Assembly (NCBI GenBank): GCA_973895155.1
Contig: OZ316897.1
Coordinates: forward strand, 2,433,416 to 2,497,415
DNA length: 64,000 nt
Reading direction: 5' to 3'
From: Marsupella aquatica
Taxonomy: Eukaryota; Plantae; Marchantiophyta
A model generated the notes under the pieces. The model was given only the letters and a program-made list of their open reading frames with translations. It had not been told where the DNA came from and ran no database searches. Positions within the stretch are counted from its first letter, which is position 1. Each line of letters starts with the position of its first letter. Shown here in pieces: positions 1-11,249 of this stretch. The position numbers and the translations under genes are program-made.

Positions 1-44
1 TAATTACACACCCCAAAAGAGATGCCACATAACAGTGATCACAC

Positions 45-650
45 GAAACAATGGTAGCGCGCTCAATCCAACACGGTCGCCACATGGGAGAGATCACACT
101 CAACCATGGTAGCACTCAACCCAACACATGGTCGCCACATGGGAGAGACCACTCTCATGGTAGCACTCAACCCAGCACATGGTCCCCACATGGGATAGAC
201 CACCCTCAACCATGGTAGCACTCAACCCAAACATGGTTACCATAGGGGAGAGATCACAATCAGCCATGGTAGCACTCAAGCAAACATGTGGTCAGTCACC
301 ACAGGGGAGAGACAACTCTCATCCATGGTTGCACTCAACCCAACACTTGGGTCACCACAGGGGACAGATCCCACTCAACCATGGTAGCACTCAACCCAAC
401 ACATCGGTCGCCACAGGGGATTGGAGAGATGGGGGAAGAGGTAGTACACTCAACCATGGTAGCAGTCAACCGAACACATTGGTTGCCAAAGGGCCGAGAT
501 CACACTCAATCATGGTAGCAGTCAACCCAAACAGATAGGTAGTCACAGGGGAGAGATCACACTCAACCATGGTAGCACTCAACCCAACACATGGGTCACC
601 GCAGGGGAGAGATCACACCCAACCATGGTTGCACTCAATCCAACATTGTC
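45..650. repeat. Tandem minisatellite, ~55-bp unit, ~11 degenerate copies (may extend left of the window)
   Basis: Unit approx. ATGGTAGCACTCAACCCAACACATGGTCGCCACATGGGAGAGATCACACTCAACC recurs at ~51, 106, 157, 212, 266, 325, 381, 455, 512, 568 and 625. Confidence 0.9.
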
Positions 651-1679
651 CTGTTGCAGGAAAATGCAGAAATTGAACCCTCGGCTATGCTCACTCAGCT
701 CGTTCTCTCGTTGCAGTGCTGGTGCTTGAGCATCACCTCTCGCTATGAGCTCTCCCCTTCTCTCGCACTCAAGCTTTGGGAGCGCTCGTTTGATTCATGT
801 ATTGGTTTGCAACTACAATCTTGTGCTGAATCAATTTTTTGAAGCTCCTAACAGAATCTGAGCTGTTCAATCAACACTTCGCTCAATTTGCACGCCACCA
901 GGTCGGAACCTTTTTTTTTCTCCTGTTCCCGCAAAGAAATCTTAGCTCGCTCTACTCACACTCTGGCTCAGTGTCGTTTTCTTTCGCTATTACTTTAGGT
1001 TTAAGTATTTTTGTCGAGACTCAGCACAGAAATCTTAGCTTTTCAAGCACTGTCGTGCAGGGACTTTTGGAGCGTTCAGTGATCTTTGAATTTGACGTAC
1101 TCTAATTTCTGCAATGATGGCTCTTGCAGGTCACTTGAATGTCTCTGTGGCAATCGGGACTCCCGGTTACATGGGCTAACAAGCAGCTGACACAAATTAA
1201 GAATCCCGCCCGGTTGCTTCCCCGTTTCCATGCGATTTCTCCCTGCGGACAAGGGCCGTGGGGACGGTCGACACTTTTGTTGGGGACAGCCCTCACTTCG
1301 CTCGTGAATCTACTTCAATTGCACGGAGTTGAGTGTGAAAGAGTTGTGGTCCAGTAAATGCTGGACAATTGGCTGGTGGTCTCGTGCCTGTACCTGAAGC
1401 GCATTTGTTGTCGGGGGAAGATCAGTTTAGTGAGCTCGGCAGTTGAGAGAAAGGAAGAACTTCTTGAAGAGCCCAATTGCAAAGGTAGCACATGAGCATG
1501 AGATAATGGATTGGAGTTGATGTCACTCAACAGGGGAAAGATGTTTGTGGGGAGCTGATGCTTCCTGAACTGGGTACGTTGCCGCGTTTGAGGAACTGAA
1601 CTGAATTCAGTCAACCACCTTGATATCACGGACCCGAACGAAGCGCAGCGTATGGTCGGAGATCTACACGAAATTCGGC

Positions 1680-4600
1680 ATGTTCGGAGCTTTTGTAGCT
1701 TTTGGACCTACCTATTGCGAGTGTGGCCCAAATGCGGATTGGTTTGTCCAAGAATGGTTCAGCGACTGCATTTACACAACATGGGAATTGGTGGCATTTT
1801 GGATCGGCATGTCGTCTGTGTTATTTTGGATCGTGGCCCAACTGCCGCAGTTTATAAGTAATTTGAGAAACCAATCGGCTGAGGCACTCTCTCCATGGTT
1901 CCTTTTCCAGTGGCTTGCGGTGCGTTATTTCCCTCCGTTATTGCGACTTAGAAGAAGGCTCTTGTTACACTGGCTGCTGACTGACGATCCAATTTTCCAT
2001 TTGTCATCTATCTGCACGAGGTCTTATTCAGCGCCTTTGGTTGATGCATACGTAGGGAGATTCGTTCAATTTGCTGGGATGTGTTCTCACCGGAGACCAG
2101 TTGGCTACTCAGACCTTCACTGCCACTTACTTTATTTTGGCTGACTGCGTCATCATTAGCCAGGTAAATGACTTAAACTCTGTGAAGAGACTCTCAGCTT
2201 CATAATATTGACGAATTCCTCATGTCGAAACTGGATCGTTAGTGACTAATGGTTGACGTGGGCGCAGTATATATACTATAGCCTGCGGGAAAAAGAGCGC
2301 TTGGCCTTGGAAGAGGAAGACAAGGCATCAAGCTCAGTGGCACACCAGCACATCGTCGAACTTAGGGAACCCCATAAACAACCGTTCTCGGAATTTCGGA
2401 AGCATCGGCCAAAGATCACCATTCTGGTCCCAGACATAAGTAAGCTTGAAACCATTGACTCTAATCCTAGGTTGGTTTCTCAGCTTCTGTGAAAAGGTTG
2501 CTCCTCCTAGCAACTATTCGGTGGTTGGCTTATCTTTGGGCGTCTTTAGGGATAACAATTGAACTGGACTGAGCATGTTTTGATGGAAATTGCAGGTGAA
2601 GATTTAGAGGTTTATGATACACAACATGATGGTCATCAGTACCATCCTGTTACTTCTGTAACTGGGCGTTCAGGTGCATCAATGATTTCCCATGCCATCA
2701 ATTCCCCTCGAGCTCCTCACACTTCACGTGTGGATCATACCAACAAGACCACTCAGAATAGTCCCTCCACATCAACCGCTCGTAGCCCAGAAAGTAGACC
2801 TAAAGGCAATCAGCAAAGCCCCAATGCGCAATACCATCCAGTCACGTATGTGACTGGGCGCTCAGGTGCATCAATGATTGCTCATGTCTTGGATTCCCCC
2901 AAAACACCTCACAATCCACATATGGATCATATCAATAGAGCCTCACGGATTAGCAACTTGACATCAAGTGCCTGCAGCCCAGAGATAGGTGTAGTTCCGG
3001 ATACTGGTCGTCTAGGGAACTCCGATGGACAATGTCAAGCACCTAGTACTTCGCTAGGACTTGTTGAAGCTTTAGTAGAAAGACCGGATAGGACAACTGG
3101 TCAATTCCAAAGCTTGAAAGAGCGAAACCAATGTTTGGCCCAGAATAGAATATCTGCAGCACGACATGGGAAGATCCCTGAGATCCCTGTACAGCAGTTG
3201 TTTCCAACTGCACATGCAATGAGGCGCCGTTTGAGAAGATTGGTAAATCAGTATGGATTGGAATGCGGCCCTCTCTCAGTATCAAGACTCACAATACATC
3301 ATGTTAAACCTTTAGTGAAACATGAGGTGGACAAACAGATGGGACGGCCAGCGATGTCAAAGCTCGGATCTGGACTGAACAAACGACCAGTAAAAGCTGC
3401 TGCGTGTTTGGCTACCTTCCTTACGGTTAGAACATCAACAAATTACTTCCAAAAACCAGGGACCTCCACGCCTTCTCACGGTCTGGCATTTGGCTCGAGA
3501 AGACTTCTTGTCGACATGCGATATCCTGGCCCTGGAATCTCAATCAGCACCGTATCAACTGTGAAGATTGGAAGAAAACTTCTACTCATTTGTGGTGACG
3601 GCTATCGCCCTTGGTTGCTGAAGAGCTTTGGAACTTGCCTTGGGTATGGATTGCGGTCTTATCCTTTTGCCTCTGCAATGCCAATGCTCTGTGCTTGCTC
3701 CAGTATTCTTTGAGCAGGTGCGGAAGACCTAATGCTATCGCTGAAGTCAGAGGCTTATATCGCAATTTAACTTTCATACAGGTGGGGATCATCTGCTTTA
3801 TACTTTGGCTCCCGCTTTTCACAAATTGCAATGAACTACCAAAGGAGGTCTGCAGAGGGCTTATCGTTGGCAATGCTCAGTTGTGCAATTGTGGCCAACA
3901 CATGTATGGGTGTATCCATACTTATGCGAACAAAATCAACGTATGGGCTCTTTCTCGGTCGTGTGATCCATAAAGTTGTCTCTAATTCATTTTGGAAATC
4001 TGCATGTTCTTAGAAACTTTGTCTGATCATAGTAATTAGACACATAGACTGACTTTCACTCATTTGTTCAATGCATTCCGACGGAGATTCATACATTTAA
4101 ACAAGCCAGGCAACATGCCCCGTTGCTTTAAGTACTCGTGGAAATAGTGTGATAATCGGCACTCAGTACTCAAGCATTTTGATGGAAATCTCACTTGACA
4201 GGGAGGATTTGGCTCAAAAAGCTCCATGGTTACTCGGGAGTATGGGCACCGTCTCACTGGATATTTTCATTCTCCTTCAGGTAAACCTCCTTTGCCTCTT
4301 CAATCTTCACGTAAGAGCGTGAGTTCTTGCTGTTTTTAATTACTGCGTCAGTCATTGGAAGATGCACATCTTGGCAGTTCAAAAGGAAACTTATCTGATG
4401 GGGAATCCCTGACTGAATTTTAATTGTGAAAAAGTTTTATGTTTAAGAGTGAACAAAGTCTCAAATTAGACACTTATAAATGTAGTGCAATTGTCCAAAA
4501 TGCTTCAATTTGGCTGTCATGTTAGACATGCATGCTTTCCTAAAGTTGTTTGAAAGTTTGCACGACTGTCAGGACGAGGATAGACGGTGTTGTGTAGGTA

Positions 4601-4713
4601 GCTTAGGTTATTTGTCCAACTTTCTGTATTTCTTGCAGGCCAAGTATTTGGATGCCAGGCGCACGAAGTCAGCACAGGCAGTACCGGATGAACATGCCTA
4701 TCTTCTTGCCTGA
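1680..4713 (+). CDS. PQ-loop repeat membrane protein (PQLC2/YPQ-like vacuolar cationic amino-acid transporter family), about 7 exons
   Basis: Exons approx. 1680-1919, 2056-2163, 2268-~2439, 2597-3643, 3782-~3940, ~4202-4280 and ~4640-4713, with GT/AG borders. PQ-loop 1 is FWIVAQLPQFISNLRNQSAEALSPWFLFQWLAGDSFNLLGC; PQ-loop 2 is LYFGSRFSQIAMNYQRRSAEGLSLAML, followed by PWLLGSMGTVSLDIFILLQ. The C-terminus has the dileucine sorting signal DEHAYLL. Confidence 0.88.
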
Positions 4714-7349
4714 TTAGTGAGACTCGGAAGTTCTTGGCGTTCAACAACATGTTTTTACTATCACGGTTAGATCTAACTTGACATTATACATTCTTTAGGG
4801 CGGACGAAAAGTTTAGGTGGAACAGAAATGTAAGTTATTTTCAAAACAAGTTAGGATCAATTTGTTTTGTTTTCCTATTAATGAAAGAGCTACCCCAAAT
4901 CTCGTGACGTAAAGCTGAAGGTTTATGTGAGGATAGTGCCGGACTGAAGATATGCTCAGAAGGCACAAAATTCTGAATCCATCTGATCAAAGATGAGACT
5001 CGTCTGATTGGGGTTACCACATAGTGGCCATCACTAGTAAAGCTGAGATGGCAGCCTTCCTTTGTACTTACAAGACGATCTGACCTAAGTTCGTCCAGAG
5101 TGATTAGGTGCTTAACTCCGTTTTATATCCCAAGAAAGCACTGTTTAAGCTCCGCATGCCGTTTAGAACCATTTGAGTTCGACATTACACTGATTGTAGG
5201 GTAATTTTTCTTGCTAGCTTTGAACTGCTTAATTGGTGTTGCGGTTCCAATTTTGGAAATTTCTTGCTTTGTACTGCTTATTATGAAGCCTGAAGTGAAA
5301 GGATGCCACTGCAGAAAAGAGGTGTCGCGAGAGGACGGTGATGTGACTAATAGCTCTATCAAATTATTATAGATAATTTATTCCAAACCTTGGATCTGAT
5401 TGCTAACTTAGTAACCTTGAACGTCACCATGTGCGATGTGTCTGCACCGCAGACTTTGTCTCTACGTTTGTCCTTCTGTATGTGCCCAGACTTATGTTGT
5501 TGACATCTGTACCAGACTTTTATTCTTCGATACTGATAAAGTAGAATGATGAGAAGTTTCTCCCTAACTGATTTGATTCTGTGGATTTAGCTTTCTGTGT
5601 TGTAAACTAGAATAGATAGTTGTCTCGATGTGGTGATTGACCAAAGAATTCTTCTTGAGCAGAGACTTCACTCACACTACGAAACAAACATCCACTTTTA
5701 TAAATTGGCTTTATTTCTTCATTATAAAAAACCGAGAGGATCAAGGTAGTCCTCACGGCTCTACCACCAGACCATTTTGGAATCCATTGGCCAAGGAGAA
5801 GGAACTCGATGACTATAAACTTGTAATACTTTACTGATTGTCAGTGAATCAATGAGGGACCCATGGGGGGAGCCTGCTGCATAGAAACAAGGCCAGGAGG
5901 CTATGCTGGCAAGAATGAATTAATGGTCCTAAGGGTGATCCAAGGGGATCAACCTTGGTGAGACCAGCAAACCACTAACTATGTAATCACAGCAAATACA
6001 TGGAGAGAGTGTCCCGTAAATCAAGGAGAAGGGAGAAGGTTGAGCCGATATCGAGATAGTACAGCATGATGGAAAAGCACTTGGTAGCACAAACAGTGGA
6101 AATTCCCTCAATTCCAACACCCTCCCTTGCACCAAGTGCAGAGAACGCCAGAACAGACTGAAGAGACCAGCATGATTAAGAAACAGCAGGGGAGTGGAAG
6201 GATGCAGGAGACATAGTCTAAAACCCCAACAGAAGATTGATGTCGTTTAAAATGAGGATGGGACAAGGCCTTGGTAAGTACATCTGCAGGTTGAGCATTA
6301 GTGGAGACTCAATTCCCACTCAAGGACTCGTTCCCGGACAAAATGATGATGCACCTCAATATGTTCGGTGCGAGCATGAAAACCTGGGTTTTTGGCAAGC
6401 TAAAGAGCACTCTCATTTGTCACAGTGAATGGTGGGACGAGAGTGAGGGAGAGTGGCACAAATATGAGGATCTTAACATTGCAGAGCAACATCAAGATCA
6501 AGAATGAGCTGGAGTTCAAGGAGCAGTTGCAGAAGGTATGCGGCTTCCTGGGCCCCACATGAGAGGGCAAGATATTCGGATTCAGTAGAGGATTTAGACA
6601 CAGTTGCTTGTCTTTTGCTGTGCCACAACACTGGGGAGATAAGCCCCAACAGAACGGCGAGTAGTTGGGCAGGTGGCCCAATTAGCATCGGGGAAGGCCT
6701 GGAGTTGAAGTGTAGCATTATGTCCTTCTCATTGAGACTTGCCAACTCTGCTACAATCAAATCGAAGCTGTCAATATGCTCATGCAGAGTCTTCCCTTCA
6801 GCCATCTTGAAGTTCATCAACTTCAAAGTCGTGTACAGCATTGTCGTTAGCGATGTAAGTCTTCTCATACATCGCCTTCAGCCGATCCCACAATTTTGTA
6901 ATTGTATCCTCTATCATCACCTGAAGTAGCACTTCATACGACAGATGCAACTTGATCAGGCTAAGAGTACGAGCACAAATGTCATCCCAATCCTCATGTG
7001 TCATGGTTGATGGTTTCATCTTGAATGTCAATCCCAAGCCCTTAGAAACAAGAATATTTTGCATCTTTACCTTCCATAACGTAAAGTTTTTTTCTCCCGG
7101 TGAATTTCTCCACCTCATACTTTGCACTGGTCACCTTTTGGGATGCCATGACAATATCCCCAAATCTTATGTGCAATGTATCCCCTTGTAGATACTAAGG
7201 TGGTTGCAAGGCTTCCAAAACGTGTGAGCCCCTCCCAACAGGCTTACCCAAAAAACCACCAAAAATTGAAAGTGACAAAATCCAGATATTGATATCACCT
7301 TCATGTAGCCTACAAGACAGTCTTCCAAAATCCAAAAACAATTTGTCAA

Positions 7350-7692
7350 TGTTAGGATTTACTCTCAGGTCTAGAGTTACAACTGTACCGCAATTAGGGC
7401 TAACCTTAATCGTAGATTAGGTTAGGTTAGTCATGCTGCACACACACTATACCCAAGAGGTGCTTGCTTGGAGAGTGGGAGCTCAAGCTTATTGTAACGG
7501 AGCCAGTTGAGAGATAGGGAGAGCTTGTGTTGTGGATGTTTGGTATGGTCGATCAGCCTAGAGTGTAGTAAAGCTCTTGTGTGTTCTCATGGATGTAGCC
7601 TCATGGAGATGAACCACATATCTATCGGTGTTGATACTTGTGCATTGGATGGTTCATGGGCTTATCGTTCCAATTGTCGTCTATGCTTAATA
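7350..7692 (+). mobile_element. Solo LTR (family X) inserted in the Copia remnant
   Basis: TGTTAGGATTTACTC...ATGCTTAATA is clearly homologous to the LTRs at 9832 and 10942. A 5-bp TSD GTCAA lies on both sides (7345-7349 and 7693-7697). Confidence 0.88.
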
Positions 7693-8765
7693 GTCAAACG
7701 GACATCCCAGTCTCAAGATATTCAAGTTTGAATATCACGAGCAAAGTTGCATGACTCTTGACGACTTTGGTATCACTCGCCTGGTCGCGTGATATTTCCT
7801 CTAGTTGGAGCCTCAAGTGCCCATGTGTGTGGTGTCCAGCTCCAACCTCATGCTCCCGGTTGCGTGTCAAAATCCATATCATTTTTGCCCAAAAAGTGCG
7901 CACAATTTCTGGCCTGTATCTTTGCCAGCCAATCTCTGTTTAATCTATAATTTATACCATTGGAAAAAGCACAACAAGCTCTTTCCAACCAGCCCATGTG
8001 CACCACAAGGTCACAACTTTCAAAAATTAACCTAATTCGTTCCACAGTGTGGCCGCCGCTTTGAGCTCCCGACTATGGTTGCCTTGGCTCAACATCAAAC
8101 TTCAAGCTGAAATTCCTGACCACACACAACACAAAGTGTTTCCCAATCACTACAAACTGATTCTTGTCCTGTACATGAACACCCAGATCGATCGAGCCAA
8201 CAATCAAAACAAACAAGCAAAGACATTGATTACAGTCACATTGAAGAAAATTGTCAAAAAATTGTAGACCACAACAAAAATCTCTTTCCACCTTCAAACC
8301 CTGTGCAATCTTTCGCCAATGTAGCACAGTGACCGCTAGAGCCTATGCTATTCCGCCTACAGTAGGAGAAAGTTCACACTCAAATCATCAAAAACAACAA
8401 AGTGATCACGATGAGCCCCCGACAGCTCGGGGGGTTAACTTAGTGTATATTTTGGGGTACCACGTGCGATCATAGCCTAATATAAACACACCTATTTATT
8501 ATGGGAATATTCTAAAAATATTCTCTATTTTCAATACAAATGATCTATTTTACTTTATAAAAGGTATATATTAGAGAATATTCTACAAATATAGGTTTAT
8601 AATAACTTCTTTTGCTTCCTACGCTTTTTAAAAATTTAGCTAATTTATATGAAAATTACATATTTTGGATCGCACGTGGTTCCTAAGATTGTTGATAGTC
8701 AACCCCCCGAGCCCGATAGTTCTCAATCTCAATCTCAATCTCAATCCCCAAGCTCTGATACCAAT

Positions 8766-9140
8766 TGTTGGGAATAATTCTAGACTGAACGAGATAGCAT
8801 CAACATATGTGAATAAACATCCATAGACTCTGACACTGAAGGTAAGTGGTTCATCCCGTCTGGGCCACATCCACGATCATGAGAGAAATCCAATAGTATT
8901 CAATGCAATTAACCCATAGCCAACATGCTAGAGCTCCTCTTCTCACCTCCTCACTCTCTCTCCTAGAGAATGAACCTTCAAGCTAGTGTGGAGCACAAGT
9001 TTGTGTGCCCCTTGGGTATACCCCCTCCCATGGTCTATGGGAACCCTGGAACTCAAACTAGTGCTATCCTAGTCTACTAAAGTGGACGTTTCCCTAGTAC
9101 TATGGAAGTATATAGGTTATACTAGAAGCATATCCTAACA
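8766..9140 (-). repeat. LTR (family Y), 5' LTR of the Copia remnant
   Basis: TGTTGGG...CCTAACA termini, adjacent Met-i PBS, and homology to the sequence at 63750-64000. Confidence 0.8.
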
Positions 9141-9831
9141 AGTAGAACTTAAACTCATTGTTACACATTTGTCTTAGTTAGAAATAAGGAGAGCTTGCAG
9201 TGTTGACCCATTCGATTAAAGTCTCTTGTGTGTTCATGCCTTGGAAAACTAAGGTGAACCACATATGAGACCATTTATCTATGTGTCAACTTATTTGCTC
9301 GTTTGATGCATGTAGAGGTTATCTATGACCAGTCAATACACGGCCGATGATACACTTAAAGTTAAGGCCTACAAGATTTAATTTCCTTTTTCTCTATTTT
9401 TGGTAAAAGTAGAGGACAAGATTACTAATTGGACCCAACCCAAATATGAGAAGTGAATTATTTTTCATTATGTTACCTTAAAATACATACAAAAGGTAGA
9501 AATCACAAAAGGTGTCACTTGGTGTGGTGTAATTTTTTTTTGTTTTATATATCAAGTTGATTTTCTCTTCCTTTAGGGTGGGCTAGCTAGGGCAACAATA
9601 GAGCAGCAAGGGCTTTTCAATCCTTAAATCTCTTACTTGATTTATTTCTTAAATTCCTTTTGTTTTTTCTTTGCCTTTTCTTTGGAGATGGGTGCAAACA
9701 GTGGTCAATAGTGTCTTTGGATTGTATGATTTTTGGTATGTTTTAAGGAGTAAGTATGGGTGGAAAAGTTTGTTTTGGGGCAGTTTTTGCTTATTGGGTG
9801 GGGAAGGGGGGGAGGGGGAATGCCTTGGGCA

Positions 9832-11249
9832 TGTTAGGATTTACTCTTACTTAGGTCTAGAGTTACGATTGTACCGTAGTTAAGGCTAGTTACCTTAGTC
9901 GCAGACTTGGTTAGGTTAGTCATGCTGTGCACACTCTATAACCAAGCAGTGTTTGCTTGGAGAGTGGGAACTCAGGCTCATTGTTACGGAGCTAGAATAG
10001 TTGAGAGATATAGAGAGCTTGCACTGTGGATGCTTGGTATGGCCGGTCGGCCTAGAGTGTAGTAAAACTCTTGTGTGTTCCCGTGGACCTAGTCTCATGT
10101 GGAGGTGAACCACATATCTCTGTGTGTTGACTCTTGTGCATTGGATGGTTCATGGGCTTGCCGTTGCGATTGTCGTTTATGCTCAACAATTGATATCAGA
10201 GCATGCCTGGGAGGTGACAAGGTTTTTTTGTGACAGTTTTCCAGCGTTCATTGTCGATGTTGCATTTGGAGTTTTATCGCATGAAACTTGAATGTGTGTG
10301 GTTGAGCGGATAGATTAGTGAGAGGGGTTTCTATCGGTGTATAGAACTCATTGGTTTGTATCGGTGGTGCGGAGGAATTGGAGTTTGCATCATTCTGGAT
10401 TTATTCGTGTTTGACGGTTTTTCAGGGGAGAGACCAGAGTTCGTGTTTGCAACGGTGTGAGTTGTGCGGTGCGGGAGGCGTCGCATGTTATAGCTCAAGT
10501 TGGAGGTTGTAGTGAGTTGGTCATTTTGGTAGCTGAGTTGCTACCGAATGGTTACCGAGTGCGTCGTGATGATTGAAAGAGGCGTTCGGATTTTTTCACA
10601 GGCTATGGAGCTTGTTCCCATTTGAACTAGGTTTCTTGTCATCACGTCTAACTTGGAGGAAGAATTGCAAAGTGTTAGGGCTCAACGGTGTGATCGCGGC
10701 GAAGCGGTTGTCTTGAGTCCGCGATTGGCACTTGAGAAGGAGTGAGTGTGACACGGCGGAAGGTTTTCTCTCTGCTTAGCTTGCAAATTGTGCCGGAAAA
10801 ATTTGGCAACTTTTCCCGTCAGTGGTCATCAGTTTTACTCCTAGAATCGGTGGCGGCAAGGTGAGTAACCAGGATTTTTCCCTTCAAACAAATTTTTTTT
10901 CTAGGTTACTTTAGGGAAAAGTTTTTGTGTGTATACACACATAGTTAAGGCTAACCTTAGTCGCAGACTTGGTTAGGTTAGTCATGTTGTGTGCACTCTA
11001 TAACCAAGCGGTGTTTGCTTGGAGAGTGGGAACTCAGGCTCATTGTTACGGAGCTAGTTGAGAGATAGAGGGATCGAGCTTGCGTTGTGGATGCTTGGTA
11101 TGGCCGGTCGGCCTAGAGTGCAATAAAGCTCTTGTGTGTTCCCATGGACGTAGCCTCATGTGGAGGTGAACCACGTATCTCTGTGTGTCGACTCTTGTGC
11201 GTTGGATGGTTTATGGGCTTGCTATTGCGATTGTTGTCTATGCTCAACA
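9832..11249 (+). mobile_element. Non-autonomous, internally deleted LTR retrotransposon (family X), 1.4 kb
   Basis: 5' LTR 9832-10188; degenerate Met-i PBS TGATATCAGAGC at 10191-10202; non-coding interior; 3' LTR 10942-11249 lacking its first ~45 bp. TSD GGGCA at 9827-9831 and 11250-11254. Confidence 0.9.

Larger units (their letters stand above)
6480..9140 (-). mobile_element. Degenerate, internally deleted Ty1/Copia element (left boundary uncertain)
   Basis: LTR at 8766-9140 (TG...CA), followed on the minus strand by the Met-i PBS TGGTATCAGAGC (8763-8752). A frameshifted gag (GEKNFTLWKVKMQNILVSKGL...LSLIKLHLS, 7127-6750) is joined directly to a Copia RNase H fragment (WHSKRQATVSKSSTESEYLALS, ~6630-6560). 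Confidence 0.75.

Noticed and set aside
45-650. CRISPR-like array
   Set aside because: The intervening segments are homologous to each other rather than unique spacers, the context is eukaryotic, and there are no cas genes.
179-842. Repetitive ORFs (MVALNP...)
   Set aside because: They are translations of the minisatellite, whose unit length is not a constant multiple of three.
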